Below are positions 1-10,383 of a stretch of DNA of 27,589 nt, one piece after another. The notes below the pieces were generated by a model that searched no databases, was not told where the DNA came from, and saw nothing but the letters and a program-made list of their open reading frames with translations. Source of the stretch: Pseudomonadota bacterium (GTDB lineage Bacteria; UBA10199; 2-02-FULL-44-16; JBDRGF01); assembly GCA_043818055.1 (NCBI GenBank), contig JBDRGF010000079.1:1-27589 (forward strand), given 5' to 3'. A program made the position numbers and the translations under genes. The first letter of the stretch is position 1. Every line of letters starts with the position of its first letter.

Positions 1-8
1 TTTTCATC

Positions 9-1814
9 TTGAATATCTACATCCTGCTCTCTTTAATTGCATGCTCTTTCTTCACACACCAAAATCCGATCTTTCTCTTTCTTGGCAACTGTTTCCCTAG
101 CCCTCTCCCAGCAAATCACCCACTCATTTCGTCATTGAGCCCATTTTCTTATACCTATGCCGGGCCAGATCCTGCTGAAGGACTGCGTGAATTTATCAAA
201 GGTCCTGCAATCATTGATTGTGGAATGTACTGTCAGTTAAGCTTGTACTATGCAATTATGACAACTATTGGAGATGAAAAATTCAATTCTATCTTCTCCA
301 AGAAGCCATTAACTCTTGGGGCTATATTATTTGACCCGGATCATAACGATTTATTTCCATTCTTAAGCAGTACTCCTCAAAGCGATGAGCCTTTGTTATT
401 TGGCGTTGGATATGTTGCTGGAGATCCAAATTATGAGATAGAACATCCAGGCGGAGCTTATGGTGGAAATAATTATGTTTTTGTGAAGGATGAAGAGGGT
501 AGTCAACAATCGATACTGTTGTTCGACCCAAACAGTTCCCCTCAAACAGCCAACTCGATAGAGGAAGTTAGAAGAGCACTTTTTGCGCATATGTCTGATC
601 CGCCTTCAGAATTAGATATAGACCCGGATATTTTACGTCATGCACCAACAGAAAGATTGCTTAAGGTCGATCGCTTATCATATTTCGGCTGGGGAGCATT
701 TATACAATATATAGCTGTGAGCACGACATTCCCAAATTGCGGTCAAACTGAACAACCATCAGAAAAATCCGAAAGCAACAAGGCAAAATGGACTCTTGAA
801 AACTTTCCAGTTCTGCCTGGACAGGAAATAATGTTTGAAAGTGCAAAACGATTCACTTCAGAGCGTCCTGCTTGTTGTTACTTTTATGGACCTCCGGGGA
901 CAGGAAAAACAACTGTGGCAAGGCTGACGCTGGAACAACTAGTCAATTCAGGTGTTGATCCCGAAACAATATTGTGGATCGATCATAATGATGTTTCGAT
1001 TGTGGATATGTCGATTACTTGTAATCCTGAAACAGGTTTGCCAGAGTTTGACCCTTCTGCATTAAGAGAAAAAATAACTGGTGCCATTTCATGGCTCTTT
1101 GTTGATGACGCAAACATTGAAGGTGCAAGATTAGAAGCGCTTATGAAGTGTGTATTTGACTGGTATTATGGTCAAGATAGAGATGAACCAAGATCCCTTT
1201 TAATCACCGCTAACACTCCATTGGCTTTTACTGAAAAACAAGTTTACAGGAGTGTGTCGCTTTTGCACCCTGCTGTAACTGGCATGTCCATTGTGCGAAT
1301 CGACATTCCCAGCTTAAGAAGAAATGCTCTCATCGATTCGTTGGGTGAGCTTCTCAGCCACAAACTATCGGGTGAATCTGTCGGTTATGTTTTGTCTGAT
1401 GAATCAGAACTTAAGGAGATTGAGGCCATTCCTGATGAACAAAAAATTATGATTCCATCATTTCCAAAGGACTGGGATCACAGATCAATAAGCATGCTAA
1501 ACCCCTCTCAACGAGAATATTTAGAACCAATGCCAAGTGGATACTATTCATTAAAAACTTATGCTGGTTCTGAAAAAGAGATTGTCATCCTTGAGATATC
1601 TTCAAACGAACAAAGTTTCAGAAATCTAAAAAATGTTCTTACAGAGGCTTTTAAAAAAGAGAAAAAAGTGGTTTTGATTTTAAAGCATGGATTAACAATG
1701 AATGCGGTAGAAGAAGGGCTAAAAAAAACACTCAGGGAAAGGATCAAGGAGATGGAAAAAGTAATGGATAGGTTCAGGTCGTTATTTGCGGCTCACAGCA
1801 CCTTAAACAAATAG
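9..1814 (+). CDS. Hypothetical protein: N-terminal Tgl (transglutaminase)-like Cys domain fused to a DnaA/IstB-like AAA+ ATPase; may be 5'-truncated by the window edge
   Basis: 601-aa ORF whose frame is open back to the window start. Walker A GPPGTGKT (nt 888-911), Walker B LFVDD, and an upstream 'WTLENF' motif. The N-terminal segment PAEGLREFIKGPAIIDCG...YYAIMTTIGDEKFNSIF resembles Bacillus Tgl. Confidence 0.55.
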   Translation: MNIYILLSLIACSFFTHQNPIFLFLGNCFPSPLPANHPLISSLSPFSYTYAGPDPAEGLREFIKGPAIIDCGMYCQLSLYYAIMTTIGDEKFNSIFSKKPLTLGAILFDPDHNDLFPFLSSTPQSDEPLLFGVGYVAGDPNYEIEHPGGAYGGNNYVFVKDEEGSQQSILLFDPNSSPQTANSIEEVRRALFAHMSDPPSELDIDPDILRHAPTERLLKVDRLSYFGWGAFIQYIAVSTTFPNCGQTEQPSEKSESNKAKWTLENFPVLPGQEIMFESAKRFTSERPACCYFYGPPGTGKTTVARLTLEQLVNSGVDPETILWIDHNDVSIVDMSITCNPETGLPEFDPSALREKITGAISWLFVDDANIEGARLEALMKCVFDWYYGQDRDEPRSLLITANTPLAFTEKQVYRSVSLLHPAVTGMSIVRIDIPSLRRNALIDSLGELLSHKLSGESVGYVLSDESELKEIEAIPDEQKIMIPSFPKDWDHRSISMLNPSQREYLEPMPSGYYSLKTYAGSEKEIVILEISSNEQSFRNLKNVLTEAFKKEKKVVLILKHGLTMNAVEEGLKKTLRERIKEMEKVMDRFRSLFAAHSTLNK

Positions 1815-1968
1815 TGCTTCGACAAATTATTTTTCATACTAGCAACACTTAAAACTAGCAATCCACCAGCGCCCCCAAGTTATGCAGCCCCAGCTATACA
1901 GCGGGACAAGTGGCCAGGATCAATGTAGTGAAAATCTCGTTAATCAGGCTTTTACCACATGCTGTCTT

Positions 1969-3252
<1,284 letters not shown>

Positions 3253-3416
3253 TTACCTTACGTTAAAATCTCACATTCAACTTGCGTTTTTACTTGTTAA
3301 GCTGTTGTTATTTAAACAAAAAAGATCAGTTGTCAATCTTTAATGATGATCATGCGCGCAGGCTCACAAGTTGAAGCTTGAGTTATTTAAGAGTTCATGT
3401 AATGAGGCTTTTCTCA

Positions 3417-4346
3417 TGAGAGAAAAAGCGCTTAAATATCATAAGGCTCCCCGGCCGGGAAAGATGGAAACGCTCCCTTTCAAATCGTGTTCAAATCAGC
3501 TCGACCTTTCGCTCGCATATACCTCCGGAGTGGCTGAACCATGTATCGATGCAGGGGTTATCAATGCCGTGGAGATCACAGGCAAGAGTATGGGGAAGAT
3601 CAAGGTCGTCATAAATGGCGCGGGGGCTGCCGGAGTGGCGACGGCGAAGATGCTTGTTTCGATAGGCATTAAATAAAAAAGAGAATATATGGCTATGCGA
3701 TAGAAAGGGGCTCGTGACCCTCGATCGCACCGATCAGGAGCCTCATAGAGGAGAATTTGCTAAAGCAGGAAAGCGAAGAGGGCTTGCAGAAGTAATGAAG
3801 GATGCGGATCTGTTCATAGGGCTCTCAGTAGGTGGCGTTGTTTCAAAGGAGATGATAGAGAGCATGGTCGCAAGGCCGATAGTCTTTGCGCTGGCAAATC
3901 CGGTTCAGGAGATATTGCCTGAAGAAATCTTAAAGGTGAGATCTGATGCCATCATAGCAACAGGGGGGTCTGATTATCCAAATCAGGTCAATAATGTTTT
4001 GGGCTTTCCATTTATTTTCAGAGGGGCGCTCGATGTCGGGGCAAAGTGCATCAATGAGGAGATGAAACTCGCCGCAATAAAAGCTTTAGCAAGTCTTGCT
4101 AAGGATCCGATATTGAAAGAAGTTTTAGAGGCATACAATCTTGATTCTTTGAAGTTCGGTCCCGATTATTTTATTCCCAAGCCGCTCGATCCGAGGGTGT
4201 TGTTATGGGTTGCATCTCAGGTTGCAAAGGCAGCGATCGATTCAGGGGTAGCAATGCACCCATTTAGCGGCCTAAACGAGTATAAACTGACCCTTCAAAA
4301 GAGGATTTCCCTCCTCGGTCAAAAACTGAAAAGACTTCAATTTTAA
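3417..4346 (+). pseudogene. Malic enzyme (MaeB-type ME domain) pseudogene with an internal deletion and a frameshift
   Basis: N-terminus ALKYH..PGK..DLSLAYTSGVAEPC joins directly to AGVINAVEITGK...GAGAAG, so the intervening catalytic segment is missing. An extra T at 3674 creates TAA; removing it restores GIKKKENIWLCDRKG. The C-terminal part retains FALANP and SDYPNQVNNVLGFPFIFRGALD. Confidence 0.85.
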
Positions 4347-4380
4347 TGGGTTAACTTGAAACCCATTTATGGAAAATCCG

Positions 4381-4396
4381 TGGCATATTGGTTGCA
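4381..4396 (+). promoter_or_regulatory. Putative sigma54 -24/-12 promoter
   Basis: TGGCATATTGGTTGCA: GG-N10-GC spacing matching TGGCA-N6-TTGCW, just upstream of the ORF at 4409. Confidence 0.55.
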
Positions 4397-4408
4397 TGTT
4401 TGTAATCA

Positions 4409-4810
4409 ATGGCTATGGAACATCTAACTAAACAGTTCTCTGAAAGACTCGCGAACCGGTTAAGGCTTGGTCCCCGGGATACATCCTACCTCGAGATTAC
4501 ATTTCCGGGGGAGCGGGGTAAGGTGACGGTCGTCGTTGGCAGGACTTTGCAATCGCGATGCAAGGGGCGGGATGCTGAGACGCTCGATGTTCATCGATAT
4601 CTGCATGTGGAGGGGGTTTATAATTGGAACGGAAAATCCCTTGAATTGAAGGCGACCAGCTCGGATCCTAATTGTGATGAACCAATTTTAGGTGTGCAGG
4701 ATGGAGGCAAAGTGACAGTTGGCGTTGGCGTGATGGATGATCTCTGGACAGATCTCATGGATAAGATAGAGGCGGAGGTTGAAAAGTCGAATTATTCGAA
4801 GGTCTTTTGA
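4409..4810 (+). CDS. Hypothetical protein (133 aa)
   Basis: The ORF fills the intergenic space, follows a sigma54-like motif, and overlaps the nadC 3' end convergently by 19 nt. No recognisable motif. Confidence 0.6.
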   Translation: MAMEHLTKQFSERLANRLRLGPRDTSYLEITFPGERGKVTVVVGRTLQSRCKGRDAETLDVHRYLHVEGVYNWNGKSLELKATSSDPNCDEPILGVQDGGKVTVGVGVMDDLWTDLMDKIEAEVEKSNYSKVF

Positions 4811-5631
4811 ATGAGCAGTGTAAGATCTGCCGCCTTAGCCGAATGAGTGATTTCACCACACGATATGAAGTCCGGATTAACTCCCGCGTATTTTTCTATA
4901 TTATCAAATGTTATTCCACCTGAAATTTCAACCTTAACCTTTCCACTTGCGAAGTGGATGGCCTCCCTGGCATCTTCGAGAGTGAAGTTGTCGAGCATCA
5001 CAATATCGACGCCCTCATCTATCGCCTCTTTCAATTCATCAATCGACTGAACCTCAATTTCGATCGTCAGTTTTTTTTTGTTATGTTTTTTTACCTTTGC
5101 GATGGCGTTTTTAATACCACCTGCGAGGCGAATGTGATTTTCTTTGATGAGATACGCGTCGAAAAGTCCAAACCTGTGATTTGTCCCGCCTCCCAGCCGC
5201 ACGGCCTCTTTTTCAAGCTCTCTCAAACCGGGGGTTGTCTTGCGCGTATCGAGCAGCTTTGTCTTTGAAGTTTTGAGCTTCGCTACAAATTTCGAAGTGA
5301 GAGTTGCGATGCCGCACAAGCGTTGCAAAAAATTGAGGGCAGTGCGCTCGGCAGTCAGTATTGCCTGGGCTTTTCCCGTGATCCTTGCGATTGTCTCATT
5401 TGGCGAGGCGCTCTTTCCATCCCCGATGATGATTTCATATTTAATTTTCGGATCGAGCCTTGTGAATACCTCTTTAGCAATTTCCTGACCCGCGACAACG
5501 ATCCTCTCCTTTGTCATTATAACAGCTTCTGCGTTGAGCTTGGGATTGACAGTCGCCTCTGTCGTGATGTCGGCCTTACCGATGTCCTCGTGGAGTGCAA
5601 TTTCGATTATGTTAGATATTTCGTTTTTCAT
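4792..5631 (-). CDS. nadC: Nicotinate-nucleotide pyrophosphorylase (carboxylating), QPRTase
   Basis: ERTALNFLQR, LLDTRKTTPGLR, NHRFGL, LIKENH, IEIEV, MLDNF, EISGGI. Confidence 0.97.
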   Translation of the reverse strand: MKNEISNIIEIALHEDIGKADITTEATVNPKLNAEAVIMTKERIVVAGQEIAKEVFTRLDPKIKYEIIIGDGKSASPNETIARITGKAQAILTAERTALNFLQRLCGIATLTSKFVAKLKTSKTKLLDTRKTTPGLRELEKEAVRLGGGTNHRFGLFDAYLIKENHIRLAGGIKNAIAKVKKHNKKKLTIEIEVQSIDELKEAIDEGVDIVMLDNFTLEDAREAIHFASGKVKVEISGGITFDNIEKYAGVNPDFISCGEITHSAKAADLTLLIQKTFE

Positions 5632-5637
5632 ATTTTT

Positions 5638-5697
5638 GTAGTGGCGGGTCCCTGTGCCCGCCTTTGAAAAAGGGCAACCACAGGGGGTTGCCCCTAC
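5638..5697. repeat. REPIN-like doublet (two inverted GTAG-type REP palindromes)
   Basis: GTAGTGGCGGGTCCCTGTGCCCGCC-spacer-GGGCAACCACAGGGGGTTGCCCCTAC. The right arm is the exact reverse complement of 19324-19349. Confidence 0.8.
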
Positions 5698-5715
5698 ATT
5701 AAATTTCCAGAAGAT

Positions 5716-8352
5716 CTAAAGATTTTTCAATGATTCTTCAAACTTCACGAGTCTTTCTGTTAATGCTGTCATCTTTTCCCGTTCTTTATCGACTATATCC
5801 TTTGGGGCTCGTTCGACGAAATTTGTATTTGAGAGCTTTTTCTCCAACGCTGCCTTTTCGTCCGTTGCTTTTTTTATCTCCTTCTCAAGGCGCGACTTTT
5901 CGGCTTCGATATCGATCAAGCCGGCGAATGGGATGAATAGGGTGCCGAAGGTGAGGGGAGCCTTTGCGGATTTTTCCACATCTTTCTCTTTATCTGATAT
6001 ATCCAAAGATTCGAGCCTTGCCATGTCCATTATATAGTTTTTCTGGTTTGTTATTTCGCTCGTGCTTGATGCAAATATACTGGCGCTTATTTTTTTGCCG
6101 GGAGCGACGGAATGTTCGCCGCGGATCTGGCGGATGGCGAGCACCGGTTCCTTTATGAATTTTTCAAAGGTTTGTGCCTCGGTGCTGTATGGATTTTCTT
6201 TTTCGGCTGCCGGATATGCTGATATCATGATGCTCTTCACATCATCCTTTCCGATGTGCTGCCAGATCTCCTCTGTGATGAATGGAAGAAACGGGTGTAG
6301 GAGTTTGAGGGTGGAAGAGAGGACATGAAAGAGGGTTGCCTGAGCTGCCTGTTTAATCTTCGGTGCACCTTCTTCGCGCATCGCCGGTTTGATCGCCTCG
6401 AGGTACCAGTCGCAAAAGTCGTTCCAGACGAAATGATATGCGTGACTCGCTGCTTCGTTAAAGCGGTAATTATCGAGCGATGCGTTGATGTTGGCGGTCG
6501 CAAGATCTAAGCGATTGAGTATCCACTTGTCTGCGATGGACAGGTGCTTTGAATCTGCTTTAGCCCCGTTATAGTCGTTAAGATTCATCATCGCGAATCT
6601 CGATGCGTTCCACAGTTTGTTGCAGAAGTTTCTTCCCATCTCGAATTTCGAAACCGAGAGCTTTAAGTCCTGTCCTTCTGAGGCGAGCATCATGAGAGAG
6701 AAACGCAAAGCATCCGTTCCGAATTGATCGATGATCTCGAGCGGATCGATGCCGTTTCCTAAGCTCTTGCTCATCCTTCGTCCCTCTTCGTCGAGGATCG
6801 TACCGTGGATATATACGTCGCTGAAAGGGACCTCATTCATATTTTCAAGCCCCATCATCACCATGCGCGCCACCCAGAAGAAGATGATGCCTCTGTCTGT
6901 GACTAGTAAGTTAGTAGGGTAGAATTTTTCAAGTTCAGGCGTCTTGTCCGGCCAGCCCAAAGTCGAGAATGGCCAGAGGGCTGACGAGAACCATGTGTCG
7001 AGGACATCCTCATCCTGCCTTAGATTTTTGGAGCCGCAATGCGGACAGATTTGAGGTGTCTCCTTTGACGCAATAGGCGCACAACCCTCTTTGTCACAAT
7101 ACCATACAGGAATTCTGTGCCCCCACCAGATCTGTCGCGATATGCACCAGTCGCGGACGTTGTCGAGCCACTGCAGGTAAAAATCTGTCCATCTTGCGGG
7201 ATGAAACTTCACCTTTCCCTCTTCAGTCGCCTTGATCGCCTTTTCAGCAAGCGGGCGCATCTTCACGAACCACTGGTCGGAGAGGCGGGGCTCTATGATG
7301 CTGTGACAGCGATAACAGTGACCGACCGCGTTTTGATGATCCTCTATCTTTTCCAAAAGCTCTGATGTTTTTAGCTCCTCTACGATCTTCGCTCTGGCTT
7401 CTTTTGTCGAAAGACCTGCATATTTTTTACCGGCGTTCTCATTCATCGTGGCATCGTCGTTCATGACGTTAAACTGTGGGAGGTTGTGTCGGAGCCCGAT
7501 CTGAAAATCGTTCGGGTCGTGAGCGGGGGTCACTTTCACAGCCCCTGTTCCGAATTTGGCATCGACAAAGTCATCGGCTATGATCGGAATTTCCCTCTCA
7601 GTCTCTGGAAGATGAACGCGTTTTCCTATCAGATGTTTGTATCTTTCATCCGAGGGATTGACTGCGACAGCAGTATCTCCCAAAAGTGTTTCAGGGCGGG
7701 TTGTTGCGACGACGACGAACTCCTTTTCCCTCTCTACAAGCGGATATCGAATGTACCAGAGACTTCCTTTTTTATCCTCGTGCTCGACCTCGTCATCGGC
7801 GAGCGCCGTGAGGCATCTCGGACACCAGTTGATGATATATTTCCCCTTGTAAATGAGTCCCTTTTTATAGAGTTTGACGAAGTTTTCCTTAACCGCATGA
7901 GAGAGCCCGTCATCGAGCGTGAATCGAAGTCTCGACCAGTCGCAGCTGGAGCCCAATTTTTTTAGCTGATCGATGATCCGGTTGCCGTATTCATCTTTCC
8001 ACTTCCAGATTCTCTTTATCAGCTCATCTCTTCCGATCTCGTGTCTGCGTTTTCCCTCTTTATCGAAGAGCGCCCTCTCGACGACATTCTGCGTGGCGAT
8101 GCCGGCGTGATCGACGCCCGGCTGCCAGAGGGTAGCAAAGCCCTGCATGCGCTTCCAGCGAATGATCAGGTCCTGAATCGTGTTGTTGAGGGCGTGCCCC
8201 ATGTGGAGGATGCCTGTGATATTCGGCGGCGGGATGACGATGCAGTATGGCTTTGGGTTATCGTTCGGTGCGAAAAGATTGTTTTCTTCCCAATATTTAT
8301 ACCACTTCTTCTCAACATCCTTCGGCTGATACGCTTTTTCGAGTTCTTTCAT
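5716..8352 (-). CDS. valS: Valine--tRNA ligase
   Basis: PPPNITGILHMGH (HIGH), DHAGIATQ, DWCISRQIWWGHRIP, RMSKS (KMSKS) and a C-terminal coiled coil. Start chosen at MKELEKAYQP. Confidence 0.98.
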   Translation of the reverse strand: MKELEKAYQPKDVEKKWYKYWEENNLFAPNDNPKPYCIVIPPPNITGILHMGHALNNTIQDLIIRWKRMQGFATLWQPGVDHAGIATQNVVERALFDKEGKRRHEIGRDELIKRIWKWKDEYGNRIIDQLKKLGSSCDWSRLRFTLDDGLSHAVKENFVKLYKKGLIYKGKYIINWCPRCLTALADDEVEHEDKKGSLWYIRYPLVEREKEFVVVATTRPETLLGDTAVAVNPSDERYKHLIGKRVHLPETEREIPIIADDFVDAKFGTGAVKVTPAHDPNDFQIGLRHNLPQFNVMNDDATMNENAGKKYAGLSTKEARAKIVEELKTSELLEKIEDHQNAVGHCYRCHSIIEPRLSDQWFVKMRPLAEKAIKATEEGKVKFHPARWTDFYLQWLDNVRDWCISRQIWWGHRIPVWYCDKEGCAPIASKETPQICPHCGSKNLRQDEDVLDTWFSSALWPFSTLGWPDKTPELEKFYPTNLLVTDRGIIFFWVARMVMMGLENMNEVPFSDVYIHGTILDEEGRRMSKSLGNGIDPLEIIDQFGTDALRFSLMMLASEGQDLKLSVSKFEMGRNFCNKLWNASRFAMMNLNDYNGAKADSKHLSIADKWILNRLDLATANINASLDNYRFNEAASHAYHFVWNDFCDWYLEAIKPAMREEGAPKIKQAAQATLFHVLSSTLKLLHPFLPFITEEIWQHIGKDDVKSIMISAYPAAEKENPYSTEAQTFEKFIKEPVLAIRQIRGEHSVAPGKKISASIFASSTSEITNQKNYIMDMARLESLDISDKEKDVEKSAKAPLTFGTLFIPFAGLIDIEAEKSRLEKEIKKATDEKAALEKKLSNTNFVERAPKDIVDKEREKMTALTERLVKFEESLKNL

Positions 8353-8465
8353 GAATTGATTCCTTTTATTAACGTAGGGGTTACTTTTAAACCCACCCGA
8401 TAATTGTTTGCAATGACTAAGAGAATTCTTCCTGATTGTCAATTAACACCTTAGAATATAAACTA

Positions 8466-8493
8466 AAAAGCCCCGAGGATCCCCCGGGGCTTT
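8466..8493 (-). terminator. Rho-independent terminator after lipoprotein paralog A
   Basis: AAAAAGCCCCGAGGATCCCCCGGGGCTTT hairpin with a T-run on the minus strand. Confidence 0.8.
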
Positions 8494-8515
8494 AGCTTCT
8501 GTACAGAATGCTACA

Positions 8516-9373
8516 TTATTGTGTGTAGTCTACCGTAAATGTGCTGCCATCACAAGGGGCGCCGCATCCATCCACTACAAGCTGAAAATCGGCCTTGTCT
8601 GAACATCCGACAGTACCTCTTGAGAGTTTTAAACCACATTTGCCATCAGTATTGCTCTCCCATGTCCCGCCTGATGTGCTGTTGTCATCCATCACAAAAG
8701 TGACTCCGCCTCCGGTATAACGGTTCTGGCTGCATGTGCCATTTGAATACAGTCCAGCCGTATCTGTTGGAAGCCCTAGAGCCTGTTGGCAGCCCATATC
8801 CGTAAACATCCAACGGATATTTGCAGAACCACCAGCACCAGTAGTTGCTGGCTGCTGTGTTGCTGGCGTTGCAACATCAGAACACGCCGTCTTTTTGCTT
8901 GTGAATGTGACCGTGTCGCCGCTCTGGCTATCGACTATAGTGAGAGTGTTGCAGTTGGTCGAAAGTGTGAGCTTTCCTTCGGCATTTATATTTATGTTAT
9001 TTCCATATGTATCAGTATCATAGAAACTGAACTGTGCGGTAGCGGTCTCAGAAGAAGTAGTAGCCTTTGTTTCTGGCGCAACTTGTACAGGGGCTGTCGC
9101 AATAGTTATTGTCATCGAACCTTTAACCTTTGTGTCATCCCCCATTGTTCCTTCCATATTCAGGTGATGATAAGATGCTTTGGTTAAGGCCATGGTCTTT
9201 AGGGAATTCGCATCACTTGTATTCTGTGACCAGACTCCAATTAGATTGTCATCCGTAACCGAGGCCGAACCGGAAGCAGTAGGTTGTTGCTGTGTATTTG
9301 TACTCTTTGAACAATAGATGAGTGAAACCGCCAGCACCAGCACTGCCATTCCGAGCAAAATCTTTTTTATCAT
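8516..9373 (-). CDS. Cys/Thr-rich two-domain lipoprotein, paralog A
   Basis: Signal peptide ending SLIYC. Shares NLxGxW, GTMGDDT, C..L...D...T.TS...CSD, WMFT, GLY..GTC and PCDG with 10384-11172. Confidence 0.8.
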   Translation of the reverse strand: MIKKILLGMAVLVLAVSLIYCSKSTNTQQQPTASGSASVTDDNLIGVWSQNTSDANSLKTMALTKASYHHLNMEGTMGDDTKVKGSMTITIATAPVQVAPETKATTSSETATAQFSFYDTDTYGNNININAEGKLTLSTNCNTLTIVDSQSGDTVTFTSKKTACSDVATPATQQPATTGAGGSANIRWMFTDMGCQQALGLPTDTAGLYSNGTCSQNRYTGGGVTFVMDDNSTSGGTWESNTDGKCGLKLSRGTVGCSDKADFQLVVDGCGAPCDGSTFTVDYTQ

Positions 9374-9472
9374 AAATCCCCCCTATTTTTGCCCTTCAAA
9401 GGGCATGTTTTTGTCTGAAAACAACGTCATTTCTAGTACTCGATTTTCGTCAAGATATCAAGTCCGAACAAC

Positions 9473-9505
9473 AAAAAAGCCCCGAGGTTTTCCCGGGGCT
9501 TTTTT
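9473..9505 (-). terminator. Rho-independent terminator after paralog B
   Basis: AAAAAAGCCCCGAGGTTTTCCCGGGGCTTTTTT, a bidirectional-type hairpin. Confidence 0.85.
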
Positions 9506-9523
9506 ATAAAACATAAAATTAGT

Positions 9524-9994
9524 TTACAGGTCAGAACATGAAGTTCTGTCGCTGGTAAGGGTAGTTACTGATCCATCTTCAGAATCTGTCGCATTCAACG
9601 CTGTGCAATCTGTGTTGATAGTGATGAAGGCCGTTGAAGTCTCTCCATTGTCAAAGAAAATCGAGACGTAGCGGTTAGTCAGCGTGCTGGTTTTTACAGA
9701 TGTTGTTGTAGCAACATTGCTCAATGTCACAACTCCTGTGCCGGTTGTGTTGTCACCAAGGGTAACATTTGCATTTAATGTGGTGTCGTTGACCTTTGTG
9801 AATGCCATTGTTGCTATATCATTCACATCTGCGTTGTTGTTTGTCCATGTTCCTTCGAGATTGTTGGCAGTTACCTTTCCTCCGACAACGGTGCTGGCAT
9901 CGGGTTGGTTTGCAGTCCCTGTAGCTCCTCCACACGAGATAAGCGACAAGCTGATTGCTGCCATTACGACTAAAACATTCAATTTCTTAAACAT
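9524..9994 (-). CDS. Lipoprotein, paralog B (N-terminal domain only)
   Basis: Start MFKKLNVL after RBS AAAGGAGG; lipobox LISC. Homologous to the N-domain of A and C, ending at TSCSDL. Confidence 0.85.
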   Translation of the reverse strand: MFKKLNVLVVMAAISLSLISCGGATGTANQPDASTVVGGKVTANNLEGTWTNNNADVNDIATMAFTKVNDTTLNANVTLGDNTTGTGVVTLSNVATTTSVKTSTLTNRYVSIFFDNGETSTAFITINTDCTALNATDSEDGSVTTLTSDRTSCSDL

Positions 9995-10053
9995 ATTTCC
10001 TCCTTTGTTATAAAGACGAAGCGCTCTATATGTTATAGATTCAGGATTTGCAA
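9985..10053 (-). repeat. Duplicated promoter/RBS block, copy 1
   Basis: 68/69 nt identical to 11163-11231. Contains TTGCAA-N17-TATAGA, the palindrome TCTATA-N3-TATAGA and an AGGAGG RBS. Confidence 0.9.
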
Positions 10054-10332
10054 TGAAAAAGATTCTGACCTTTGGACACAAGTCAGTGATGCTTGATAAA
10101 TATAATTTACAAGAGGCCATAAAATGATTTTTTCGTTTTTTTATCATTCCTCGCCCCACAAAGAGCGCGGGACGACAATTAGGGGTTAACCGGACAACGC
10201 TGCATCGGGGTGCAAGATGACATCGTAGGCTCATAAAGCTGCATTAAAATGAGTTCTCTTGCTCTTTTGAGTTATAACTAATTGGGTCAGTTTTAATATC
10301 CAACTTTCATTAATATATCAAGCCCGAACAAC

Positions 10333-10363
10333 AAAAAAGCCCCGGGAAAAACCGGGGCTTTTT
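10333..10363 (-). terminator. Rho-independent terminator after paralog C
   Basis: AAAAAAGCCCCGGGAAAAACCGGGGCTTTTT; the flank ATATCAAG.CCGAACAAC is shared with the 9473 terminator. Confidence 0.85.
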
Positions 10364-10383
10364 GAAAATAAAAAGTTTTCCAA

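Noticed and set aside
1815..1968. Possible ncRNA or gene remnant between convergent ORFs
   Set aside because: No convincing structure, repeat or reading frame.
3665..3690. Programmed frameshift in the malic enzyme gene
   Set aside because: The gene also lacks its catalytic segment, so decay is the simpler explanation.
8353..8460. ValS N-terminal extension or a T-box leader
   Set aside because: Homology starts at MKELEKAY; the leader is short with no T-box motif.
9995..10234. 80-aa N-terminal extension of paralog B in the ORF track
   Set aside because: The RBS, signal peptide and paralog C all place the start at 9994.
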